A DNA stretch of 37,564 bases, from IMG/VR virus record IMGVR_UViG_2695420705_000025. One strand, written 5' to 3'. The position numbers were made by a program, and so were the translations under genes. The notes under the pieces were generated by a model. That model had not been told where the DNA came from. It did no database searches and saw only the letters and a program-made list of their open reading frames with translations. Origin of the DNA: a virus (taxonomy: Duplodnaviria; Heunggongvirae; Uroviricota; Caudoviricetes). This document shows, in pieces, positions 30,135 to 37,564 of this stretch (position 1 is its first letter; the number at the start of each line of letters is the position of its first letter).

Positions 30135-30667
30135 CACCCTATCAGACGGCCTTTCTGCAATTACTGCCGTCAGGGCTTGCCTGGAATAAAAGCCCCGACA
30201 GCAAATTATCTGCGCTGGCGCAGGCCATCAGCGACGTGATTGCCACTGCGGCGGATGATGCGCGGCAAATGCTGCGGGAGCGTTTCCCGTCCACATCCCG
30301 CTGGTATCTGGGGGGGTGGGAATCATTTCTGGGGTTGCCGGACTGTACCAGCGAAAACGGCACCCTGTCCGAACGCCAGCGGGCTGCCGCGAATAAAATG
30401 CGTATGACCGGCAATCTGAGTCGGCGCTTTTATGAATGGCTGGCTGCGCAGTACGGTTTTACCGTCAGGCTGACGGATTCCACAGAAGGCCAGTGGGTTA
30501 CGCAGGTCAATATTTACGGTATTAAAAATTATCGCAACGCAACGGTGCTGGATAATGTTCTGACGCCGTTACGTGTTTATGAATCGGGTGCGCTGGAATG
30601 TTTACTGGAGAAATATAAACCCGCGCATCAGATTTATAAATTTGTTTACCATGACGGAGATAACTAA
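30125..30667 (+). CDS. Tail protein gp48-like (baseplate / fibre attachment)
   Basis: 180 aa immediately upstream of the tail fibre gene. Confidence 0.7.
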   Translation: MAVTPYQTAFLQLLPSGLAWNKSPDSKLSALAQAISDVIATAADDARQMLRERFPSTSRWYLGGWESFLGLPDCTSENGTLSERQRAAANKMRMTGNLSRRFYEWLAAQYGFTVRLTDSTEGQWVTQVNIYGIKNYRNATVLDNVLTPLRVYESGALECLLEKYKPAHQIYKFVYHDGDN

Positions 30668-32022
30668 TGTTTTATATTGATAACGACAGCGGCGTAACCG
30701 TCATGCCGCCCGTATCCGCCCAGCGTAGTGCTATCGTTCGCTGGTTTTCAGAAGGTGACGGGAATAATGTTATCACATGGCCCGGCATGGACTGGTTTAA
30801 TATTGTGCAGGCGGAGTTATTAAACACGCTGGAAGAAGCCGGTATTCAACCGGATAAAACAAAATTAAACCAGCTTGCACTATCCATTAAAGCCATTATG
30901 AGCAATAACGCACTGCTGATAAAAAATAACCTCAGCGAAATTAAAACTGCCGGGGCATCAGCACAGCGTACAGCACGTGAAAATCTGGATATTTATGATG
31001 CCAGCCTGAACAAAAAAGGACTCGTTCAGCTAACCAGTGCCACTGACAGCCCCAGTGAAACGCTGGCAGCCACCGCAAAAGCGGTGAAAATTGCGATGGA
31101 TAATGCCAGTGCCCGTCTGGCAAAAGACCGGAACGGAGCAGATATTCCCAATAAGCCGCTGTTTATCCAAAACCTCGGTTTACAGGAAACGGTAAACAAG
31201 GCTGGTAACGCTGTTCAGCGTTCTGGCGATACAATGACCGGAAAACTGAATCTACCACAGACATCTGCATTCGGCGTTGATACCGATAATGCACTGGGTG
31301 GTAATTCCATTACTCTCGGAGATAACGACACTGGTATTAAACAGGGCGGAGACGGTGTCCTTTTATTCTATTCAAATGGACAACTGGCATTTGGGCTTCA
31401 ACCCGCATCTGCTGATTTTTATAAGCGGGTTGCATACATTCCTCAGGGAATAATTCCTGATGGAAGTGGCGCATTTGCAGACCAGTTGAATAATGCCACC
31501 GCGCCTTTTGTTCAGACGCAGTTTGCCTGGAATCCCACTCCTGGTGGTCATTACGTGCCGATAGTTAAGGGCTTGTCCATTCGCAATGGACAGGGCTATC
31601 CCGGCGCGGTCAGCTTTGGTTATTTGCTGACAGAACAGTATGGATTTCCGGTTCCATGTATTCATATGCGTGGCGATGGCGGTAATGATGCTTTATGGCA
31701 GTTTAACCCGAACGATAAATCTTTTATTTCACCGGGTGCTCTTGTTGCGGGTGGCATCATTTATAACACCGATGGAAATATATTTGGCGGGTGTTGGGGT
31801 TCAAATTTAGCTGATTATCTCAATAGCACATATGTAAGAGACATTCGACTTGGTAGCGCAGAATCAATATCAGCATGGCGAGGCCCTGGTTACTGGGATA
31901 CTTCTGGATATGTTCTGACCGCAGCCGGAAACAGCAACACCGATGAATTTATTGATACATTAACCAGAAGGCCTATTCAGAAGTTGATTGGTGGGACATA
32001 TTATAACGTTGTGAGTATTTGA
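30667..32022 (+). CDS. S: Tail fibre protein S (constant Sc part fused to the variable part currently in expressing orientation)
   Basis: 451 aa. The constant N-terminal part runs to the left gix repeat (about 31167); the variable part lies inside the invertible segment. Confidence 0.88.
   Translation: MFYIDNDSGVTVMPPVSAQRSAIVRWFSEGDGNNVITWPGMDWFNIVQAELLNTLEEAGIQPDKTKLNQLALSIKAIMSNNALLIKNNLSEIKTAGASAQRTARENLDIYDASLNKKGLVQLTSATDSPSETLAATAKAVKIAMDNASARLAKDRNGADIPNKPLFIQNLGLQETVNKAGNAVQRSGDTMTGKLNLPQTSAFGVDTDNALGGNSITLGDNDTGIKQGGDGVLLFYSNGQLAFGLQPASADFYKRVAYIPQGIIPDGSGAFADQLNNATAPFVQTQFAWNPTPGGHYVPIVKGLSIRNGQGYPGAVSFGYLLTEQYGFPVPCIHMRGDGGNDALWQFNPNDKSFISPGALVAGGIIYNTDGNIFGGCWGSNLADYLNSTYVRDIRLGSAESISAWRGPGYWDTSGYVLTAAGNSNTDEFIDTLTRRPIQKLIGGTYYNVVSI
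31167..31203. repeat. gixL, left inverted repeat / Gin recombination site of the G segment
   Basis: CCAAAACCTCGGTTTACAGGAAACGGTAAAC is the near-perfect reverse complement of 34340-34375 (two or three mismatches); lies inside S at the constant/variable junction (encodes LGLQETVN). Confidence 0.85.
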
Positions 32023-32023
32023 C

Positions 32024-32551
32024 ATGATGCATTTAAAAAACATTAAAGCAGGGAACCCCAAAACACCTGAACAATACCAGTTAACCAAAAAAGCTGGAGT
32101 GGTCTGGCTTTATACTGAAGATGGTAAAAACTGGTACGAAGAACAAAAAAACTTTCAACCAGATACTATAAAAATTGCATACGATAAAAATAATGTGATT
32201 GTTACCGTAAGCAAAGATGTTTCAACTATTAACCCGGAAGGTTTAAGTGTTGTTGAAGTATCCGATATTACGGCAAATCGTCGCGCAGACAATAACGGAA
32301 ACTGGATGTTTCTGGATGGTAAAGTAGTAAAGCGGGAATATACAAAACAGGAGCTGCAACAGCAGGCAGAGTTACAAAAAGCCGCTTTGCTTTCCGAAGC
32401 GGAGTCTGTGATTCAACCGCTGGAACGTGCTGTCAGGCTGAATATGGCAACTAATGAGGAACGCGCACGACTGGAGTCATGGGAACGCTACAGTGTTCTG
32501 GTCAGCCGTGTGGATACGGCAAATCCTGAATGGCCACAAAAGCCTGAATAA
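32024..32551 (+). CDS. U: Tail fibre assembly protein U
   Basis: 175 aa directly after S; paralogous to the minus-strand 177-aa ORF (both start [11 protein letters not shown]...). Confidence 0.88.
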   Translation: MMHLKNIKAGNPKTPEQYQLTKKAGVVWLYTEDGKNWYEEQKNFQPDTIKIAYDKNNVIVTVSKDVSTINPEGLSVVEVSDITANRRADNNGNWMFLDGKVVKREYTKQELQQQAELQKAALLSEAESVIQPLERAVRLNMATNEERARLESWERYSVLVSRVDTANPEWPQKPE

Positions 32552-32556
32552 AAATT

Positions 32557-32576
32557 AAGGCCCGATAGCGGGCCTT
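32557..32576. terminator. Bidirectional hairpin between convergent U and U'
   Basis: AAGGCCCG-ATAG-CGGGCCTT stem-loop in the 28-bp gap between the convergent stop codons. Confidence 0.55.
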
Positions 32577-32579
32577 GTC

Positions 32580-33113
32580 TCATTCTGGTTGTTCCGGGAA
32601 TGTTACAGGAAGAACAGAGGTATCTGTGGCATCAACCTGCTGCATGTATAACATCCAGTTAATGAGTCTTTGCCTGTCTGAATCGCTGATAATTCCCAGC
32701 GCAAGCTGTGTTTGCCAGCACTGCGTTTCCTCTCTGGCCTGTCGCAGCAAAATCTGTTTCTGAATTTCAGCCAGTTGACGTAGTTCTTCATCAGTCCGGG
32801 GGCGTTTCATGACCTTGCCATCCTGAAACACCCAGTCACCGAGAATATCGGCCCGGCGATTCGCTGTCGTGTCGGGTAATTCGACAACGCTCATTCCTTC
32901 CGGGTTAATAGACGACACATCTTTTTCAATATAGCGAATGATACCTCTGTCATCGTAAGCGATTTTTAGTGTGTCTGCCTGAAAGGCTTTTTGTGCCTCA
33001 TACCAGTTCTTACCATCTTCAGCGTAAAGCCAGATAACTCCGTGTTTCTTTGTTAACTCATACTGTTCCAGTGTTTTAGCGTTACCCGCTTTTATGTTCT
33101 TTAAGTGCATCAT
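32580..33113 (-). CDS. U': Tail fibre assembly protein U' (alternative, currently non-expressed orientation)
   Basis: 177 aa on the minus strand, paralogous to U; follows S' on the minus strand. Confidence 0.85.
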   Translation of the reverse strand: MMHLKNIKAGNAKTLEQYELTKKHGVIWLYAEDGKNWYEAQKAFQADTLKIAYDDRGIIRYIEKDVSSINPEGMSVVELPDTTANRRADILGDWVFQDGKVMKRPRTDEELRQLAEIQKQILLRQAREETQCWQTQLALGIISDSDRQRLINWMLYMQQVDATDTSVLPVTFPEQPE

Positions 33114-33114
33114 A

Positions 33115-34362
33115 TTAAACGCTCGCTACATTATACCAGGTGCCATTTATATACTTTTGAACGGGTCTGTAATAAACGCCCGCTATATTATCGGCAGAGT
33201 TGGACCCTGTATCCTGAACATTAATACCAGACAATACATGACCTGACGGGCACTGGAAATTCCATGTTTGCCAGTTGTTCACACCATGATATTGCTGTGA
33301 ACCAAGACGAACATCTTTCACATAGCGGGAATCAAAATTCCCCCAGTTGCTGGGTTGTATCTGACCGTTAACAGCAAATATCACCGAGTTATCTGTATTT
33401 CGCTGACTATAGAAATGCCAGCCTGAATCATCACCAAGCTCTGCAACAGTTGGTCTTGACGAATTTCCCCACAAGCTAAATGATGCATTACGGGCAGCGG
33501 TATTTGCACTTGAAAGTGTGAAGAACTTACTTTCCCCAGCCTGAATACCCTTTAATGATCTTGCTGAACCATTTATAAAGCGGAATACATGCACACCATT
33601 AGCATAAGCATCCAGCACCCCATCACCATTTTGTTTAAACCCGGTATCGTTATCTCCTAAAACTATTGAATTTCCACCCAGGGCATTAGCCGTTCCAATC
33701 CCCAGATTTCCGCTAAAAATGGCATTAATACCGAGTATTGAGTGAGAACAATAAAACCCTCGCCCATTGTTAAAATCCAGAATGGCTTGTGCGTTCGTGC
33801 TTTCTGTCGCGGGATTAGTTGCTCCCCACTTATATGTTGTTTGACCGACAGTATAATCCTGAGTTGGAACAATAACCGTTAGCCCTTCTTCAGCAGAAAC
33901 CCGCACAGGAAAAGCCCTGCCTTCAACGTAAAAAACGCTGCATACATCATCTTCTTTAAGGCTTGTTACAATGGAATGGATTGCGCGCTCATTAGTCTGA
34001 TACGTCGAAAAATAACCTGCCGCATATGAACCACGATCAGTCCAGCCACCAGGCATTACCATTCCATTGAATTCGCAGTTATTCATTGCGTAATCACTAC
34101 TGGCACATGTGGTCGTTATAATCACTCTGGAAGCCAGCTCGCCAGTGCCGCCTGTGGAACGCCGGAAAATAACTGGATACCACTTTCCACCAATTGCATT
34201 AGACGGCGCATTAAATGCGTACTGCCGCATTCCTTTTTTCTTATCCACCTCGCCTTTGCTGTAAACATTAATGTTACTCAGGAAGCGATCCTTATCAGGA
34301 ATATCCGCGCCGTTCTGGTTTTTCTGTAATGCGCCAGAAGCCTGATTTACCGTTTCCTGCAA
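33115..34362 (-). CDS. S': Sv', alternative variable tail fibre domain; startless ORF that opens at gixR
   Basis: Minus-strand ORF whose first codons (LQETVN) are encoded by the gix repeat; the in-frame codon upstream is TAA and the apparent start is TTG. So it has no start of its own and is expressed only after inversion fuses it to Sc. Shares the motif [22 protein letters not shown] with S. Confidence 0.85.
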   Translation of the reverse strand: MQETVNQASGALQKNQNGADIPDKDRFLSNINVYSKGEVDKKKGMRQYAFNAPSNAIGGKWYPVIFRRSTGGTGELASRVIITTTCASSDYAMNNCEFNGMVMPGGWTDRGSYAAGYFSTYQTNERAIHSIVTSLKEDDVCSVFYVEGRAFPVRVSAEEGLTVIVPTQDYTVGQTTYKWGATNPATESTNAQAILDFNNGRGFYCSHSILGINAIFSGNLGIGTANALGGNSIVLGDNDTGFKQNGDGVLDAYANGVHVFRFINGSARSLKGIQAGESKFFTLSSANTAARNASFSLWGNSSRPTVAELGDDSGWHFYSQRNTDNSVIFAVNGQIQPSNWGNFDSRYVKDVRLGSQQYHGVNNWQTWNFQCPSGHVLSGINVQDTGSNSADNIAGVYYRPVQKYINGTWYNVASV

Positions 34363-34375
34363 ACCGAGGTTTTAG
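34340..34375. repeat. gixR, right inverted repeat / Gin recombination site of the G segment
   Basis: Reverse complement matches gixL; located 59 bp upstream of the gin start. Confidence 0.85.
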
Positions 34376-34433
34376 ATAATGGCTGTTTCCGGCCTGCATG
34401 GCATGATTTGCGCTTTTAAACGGGAGATCCAGA

Positions 34434-35027
34434 GTGCTGATTGGCTATGTAAGGGTATCAACAAATGACCAGAATACAGACCTGCAACGAAACGCTCTTG
34501 TTTGTGCAGGATGTGAACAAATATTTGAAGATAAATTAAGCGGAACAAGGACAGACAGACCTGGATTAAAACGCGCTTTAAAGCGCCTTCAAAAAGGTGA
34601 CACACTTGTTGTCTGGAAACTGGATCGCCTCGGGCGAAGCATGAAACATTTGATTTCTCTCGTAGGGGAATTACGAGAGCGAGGGATTAATTTTCGCAGT
34701 CTTACTGACAGTATTGATACGTCATCTCCAATGGGGCGTTTTTTCTTCCACGTTATGGGTGCCCTGGCTGAGATGGAACGAGAACTAATCATCGAGCGAA
34801 CGATGGCTGGACTTGCTGCCGCCAGAAATAAAGGCCGTATTGGTGGGCGACCACCTAAACTAACCAAAGCGGAATGGGAGCAGGCCGGGCGTTTATTAGC
34901 ACAAGGAATCCCCCGCAAGCAGGTTGCATTGATCTACGATGTGGCCCTGTCAACTCTGTATAAAAAACACCCCGCGAAACGAACGCATATAGAAAACGAC
35001 GATCGAATCAATCAAATCGATCGGTAA
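34434..35027 (+). CDS. gin: Gin serine recombinase (DNA invertase), copy 1
   Basis: 197 aa from a GTG start, MLIGYVRVSTNDQNTDLQRNALVCAGCEQIF... with catalytic serine in VRVST; recognised as Mu Gin. Confidence 0.92.
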   Translation: MLIGYVRVSTNDQNTDLQRNALVCAGCEQIFEDKLSGTRTDRPGLKRALKRLQKGDTLVVWKLDRLGRSMKHLISLVGELRERGINFRSLTDSIDTSSPMGRFFFHVMGALAEMERELIIERTMAGLAAARNKGRIGGRPPKLTKAEWEQAGRLLAQGIPRKQVALIYDVALSTLYKKHPAKRTHIENDDRINQIDR

Positions 35028-35035
35028 TACAGATC
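35001..35035. promoter_or_regulatory. Cluster of three GATC (Dam) sites, mom upstream regulatory region, copy 1
   Basis: GATC at 35001, 35019 and 35032, overlapping the gin 3' end and upstream of com. Mu mom is known to be controlled by Dam methylation and OxyR binding at three upstream GATC sites. Confidence 0.6.
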
Positions 35036-35109
35036 GATTATGTCTCAATAACCACACTCAACCCATGATGTTTTTTAAGATAGTGGCGAATTGATGCAAA
35101 GGAGGTGAG

Positions 35110-35280
35110 ATGAAATCAATTCGCTGTAAAAACTGCAACAAACTGTTATTTAAGGCGGATTCCTTTGATCACATTGAAATCAGGTGTCCGCGTTGCAAAC
35201 GTCACATCATAATGCTGAATGCCTGCGAGCATCCCATGGAGAAACATTGTGGGAAAAGAGAAAAAATCACGATCTCCTAA
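35110..35280 (+). CDS. com: Com-like translational activator, C-terminally altered copy created by the duplication junction (56 aa)
   Basis: Identical to com through codon 54 (zinc-finger cysteines intact), then reads IS-stop across the junction at 35271/35272 instead of HSDETVRY-stop. No mom gene follows this copy. Confidence 0.6.
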   Translation: MKSIRCKNCNKLLFKADSFDHIEIRCPRCKRHIIMLNACEHPMEKHCGKREKITIS

Positions 35281-35982
35281 AACTATTGAATTTCCACCCA
35301 GGGCATTAGCCGTTCCAATCCCCAGATTTCCGCTAAAAATGGCATTAATACCGAGTATTGAGTGAGAACAATAAAACCCTCGCCCATTGTTAAAATCCAG
35401 AATGGCTTGTGCGTTCGTGCTTTCTGTCGCGGGATTAGTTGCTCCCCACTTATATGTTGTTTGACCGACAGTATAATCCTGAGTTGGAACAATAACCGTT
35501 AGCCCTTCTTCAGCAGAAACCCGCACAGGAAAAGCCCTGCCTTCAACGTAAAAAACGCTGCATACATCATCTTCTTTAAGGCTTGTTACAATGGAATGGA
35601 TTGCGCGCTCATTAGTCTGATACGTCGAAAAATAACCTGCCGCATATGAACCACGATCAGTCCAGCCACCAGGCATTACCATTCCATTGAATTCGCAGTT
35701 ATTCATTGCGTAATCACTACTGGCACATGTGGTCGTTATAATCACTCTGGAAGCCAGCTCGCCAGTGCCGCCTGTGGAACGCCGGAAAATAACTGGATAC
35801 CACTTTCCACCAATTGCATTAGACGGCGCATTAAATGCGTACTGCCGCATTCCTTTTTTCTTATCCACCTCGCCTTTGCTGTAAACATTAATGTTACTCA
35901 GGAAGCGATCCTTATCAGGAATATCCGCGCCGTTCTGGTTTTTCTGTAATGCGCCAGAAGCCTGATTTACCGTTTCCTGCAA
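35272..35982 (-). pseudogene. Truncated second copy of the Sv' 5' region (N-terminal 237 codons)
   Basis: Exact copy of 33652-34362; the reading frame continues into junction-derived sequence (track ORF 35146-35982). Confidence 0.8.
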
Positions 35983-35995
35983 ACCGAGGTTTTAG
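35960..35995. repeat. Third gix site (duplicate of gixR), in direct orientation to gixR and inverted relative to gixL
   Basis: Identical to 34340-34375 at an offset of 1620 bp. Confidence 0.85.
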
Positions 35996-36053
35996 ATAAT
36001 GGCTGTTTCCGGCCTGCATGGCATGATTTGCGCTTTTAAACGGGAGATCCAGA

Positions 36054-36647
36054 GTGCTGATTGGCTATGTAAGGGTATCAACAAATGACCAGAATACAGA
36101 CCTGCAACGAAACGCTCTTGTTTGTGCAGGATGTGAACAAATATTTGAAGATAAATTAAGCGGAACAAGGACAGACAGACCTGGATTAAAACGCGCTTTA
36201 AAGCGCCTTCAAAAAGGTGACACACTTGTTGTCTGGAAACTGGATCGCCTCGGGCGAAGCATGAAACATTTGATTTCTCTCGTAGGGGAATTACGAGAGC
36301 GAGGGATTAATTTTCGCAGTCTTACTGACAGTATTGATACGTCATCTCCAATGGGGCGTTTTTTCTTCCACGTTATGGGTGCCCTGGCTGAGATGGAACG
36401 AGAACTAATCATCGAGCGAACGATGGCTGGACTTGCTGCCGCCAGAAATAAAGGCCGTATTGGTGGGCGACCACCTAAACTAACCAAAGCGGAATGGGAG
36501 CAGGCCGGGCGTTTATTAGCACAAGGAATCCCCCGCAAGCAGGTTGCATTGATCTACGATGTGGCCCTGTCAACTCTGTATAAAAAACACCCCGCGAAAC
36601 GAACGCATATAGAAAACGACGATCGAATCAATCAAATCGATCGGTAA
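36054..36647 (+). CDS. gin: Gin serine recombinase (DNA invertase), copy 2
   Basis: Identical to the 34434-35027 copy. Confidence 0.92.
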   Translation: MLIGYVRVSTNDQNTDLQRNALVCAGCEQIFEDKLSGTRTDRPGLKRALKRLQKGDTLVVWKLDRLGRSMKHLISLVGELRERGINFRSLTDSIDTSSPMGRFFFHVMGALAEMERELIIERTMAGLAAARNKGRIGGRPPKLTKAEWEQAGRLLAQGIPRKQVALIYDVALSTLYKKHPAKRTHIENDDRINQIDR

Positions 36648-36655
36648 TACAGATC
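36621..36655. promoter_or_regulatory. Cluster of three GATC (Dam) sites, mom upstream regulatory region, copy 2 (the one actually upstream of com-mom)
   Basis: Same sequence as 35001-35035 at an offset of 1620 bp. Confidence 0.6.
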
Positions 36656-36729
36656 GATTATGTCTCAATAACCACACTCAACCCATGATGTTTTTTAAGA
36701 TAGTGGCGAATTGATGCAAAGGAGGTGAG

Positions 36730-36918
36730 ATGAAATCAATTCGCTGTAAAAACTGCAACAAACTGTTATTTAAGGCGGATTCCTTTGATCACATTGAAAT
36801 CAGGTGTCCGCGTTGCAAACGTCACATCATAATGCTGAATGCCTGCGAGCATCCCATGGAGAAACATTGTGGGAAAAGAGAAAAAATCACGCATTCTGAC
36901 GAAACCGTGCGTTATTGA
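36730..36918 (+). CDS. com: Com, zinc-finger translational activator of mom
   Basis: 62 aa, [62 protein letters not shown], with CxxC...CxxC zinc finger; overlaps the mom start. Confidence 0.9.
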   Translation: MKSIRCKNCNKLLFKADSFDHIEIRCPRCKRHIIMLNACEHPMEKHCGKREKITHSDETVRY

Positions 36919-37564
36919 GTATGAAGGCCAGATTGTTGGCTATGGTTCAAAGGAGCTGCGCGTTGAAACCATATCTTGCTGGCTGGCCCGCACAATTATT
37001 CAGACAAAGCACTATTCCCGCCGTTTTGTGAATAACTCTTACCTCCACCTGGGAGTATTCAGCGGACGCGATCTGGTTGGCGTTCTCCAGTGGGGATATG
37101 CCCTTAACCCCAACTCAGGTCGTCGTGTCGTGCTTGAAACGGATAACCGGGGCTATATGGAGTTGAACCGCATGTGGCTACACGACGACATGCCCCGCAA
37201 CTCTGAATCACGGGCCATCAGTTATGCACTGAAAACCATAAGGTTACTGTATCCGTCAGTGGAGTGGGTTCAGTCTTTTGCAGACGAACGCTGCGGACGT
37301 GCTGGCGTTGTGTATCAGGCGTCAAATTTTGATTTTATTGGCAGCCATGAAAGCACGTTCTACGAGCTGGATGGTGAGTGGTATCACGAGATAACGATGA
37401 ACGCGATTAAACGCGGTGGACAACGAGGCGTGTATTTACGGGCTAATAAAGAGCGTGCCGTGGTGCACAAATTTAATCAGTATCGCTACATCAGGTTCCT
37501 GAACAAGCGAGCAAGGAAGCGACTAAATACCAAGCTATTCAAGGTTCAGCCATACCCTAAGTGA
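36839..37564 (+). CDS. mom: Mom DNA modification enzyme (adenine carbamoylmethylation, anti-restriction)
   Basis: 241-aa ORF starting inside com and ending at the last base of the window; recognised as Mu Mom. The exact start codon may be downstream of 36839. Confidence 0.88.
   Translation: MPASIPWRNIVGKEKKSRILTKPCVIEYEGQIVGYGSKELRVETISCWLARTIIQTKHYSRRFVNNSYLHLGVFSGRDLVGVLQWGYALNPNSGRRVVLETDNRGYMELNRMWLHDDMPRNSESRAISYALKTIRLLYPSVEWVQSFADERCGRAGVVYQASNFDFIGSHESTFYELDGEWYHEITMNAIKRGGQRGVYLRANKERAVVHKFNQYRYIRFLNKRARKRLNTKLFKVQPYPK

Larger units (their letters stand above)
33652..35271. repeat. Tandem direct repeat, copy 1 (1620 bp)
   Basis: Identical to 35272-36891 at every position I compared line by line. 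Contains the 5' 711 nt of S', gixR, gin, the mom regulatory region and the first 162 nt of com. Confidence 0.95.
35272..36891. repeat. Tandem direct repeat, copy 2 (1620 bp)
   Basis: Identical to 33652-35271; this copy is followed by the intact com 3' end and mom. Confidence 0.95.
1..37564 (+). mobile_element. Bacteriophage Mu-type transposable prophage/phage genome, ner through mom, truncated at both window edges
   Basis: Gene order and protein sequences correspond to Mu: Ner, MuA, MuB, Kil, Gam, GemA, Mor, C, Lys, portal, F, G, I, T, L, M, N, P, S/U, U'/S', Gin, Com, Mom. Recognised from the ORF translations, no search run. Confidence 0.95.

Noticed and set aside
33652-36891. Idea that the repeated block is simply the second, inverted half of the G segment
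   Set aside because: The two copies are in direct (tandem) orientation and include gin and com, which lie outside the invertible segment; the true inverted partner of S-U is U'-S' at 32580-34362.
1-37564. Search for CRISPR arrays, tRNA or rRNA genes and integrase/att sites
   Set aside because: No short regularly spaced direct repeats and no tRNA-like structures were seen; Mu-type phages integrate by transposition and the ends (attL/attR) fall outside this window.

Overview
The window is a near-complete bacteriophage Mu-type genome (transposable myovirus), running from the ner start codon at position 1 to the mom stop codon at 37564; the c repressor, attL and attR lie outside it. Almost all genes are colinear on the + strand. 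In order: ner-A-B transposition module; a semi-essential early accessory region (kil, small Zn-ribbon proteins, gam, several unknowns); gemA-mor and the early terminator; a middle region with small membrane proteins and the late activator C; a lysis cassette (SAR endolysin, overlapping i-/o-spanin pair, two small downstream proteins); terminase, portal, F, G, I protease/scaffold, T capsid; neck genes; sheath L, tube M, chaperone-like gp41, tape measure, N, baseplate P/gp45/gp46/gp47/gp48; the invertible G segment (S-U on +, U'-S' on -) bounded by inverted gix repeats; gin; com-mom. Many proteins (Ner, MuA, MuB, Gam, GemA, Mor, C, Lys, T, Gin, Com, Mom) were recognised from their sequence by memory, not by a database search. 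The main anomaly is a perfect 1620-bp direct tandem duplication (33652-35271 = 35272-36891) that does not match the canonical Mu arrangement as I recall it. It duplicates the 5' part of S', the right gix site, all of gin, the mom regulatory region and most of com, giving two gin genes, three gix sites and a C-terminally altered com copy with no mom behind it. Other points worth a second look are a lone minus-strand ORF upstream of gemA, the AT-rich G-I intergenic region where Mu's strong gyrase site is expected, the lysis cassette with no obvious adjacent holin, and a possible frameshift extension of gp41. No tRNA, rRNA or CRISPR array was seen.
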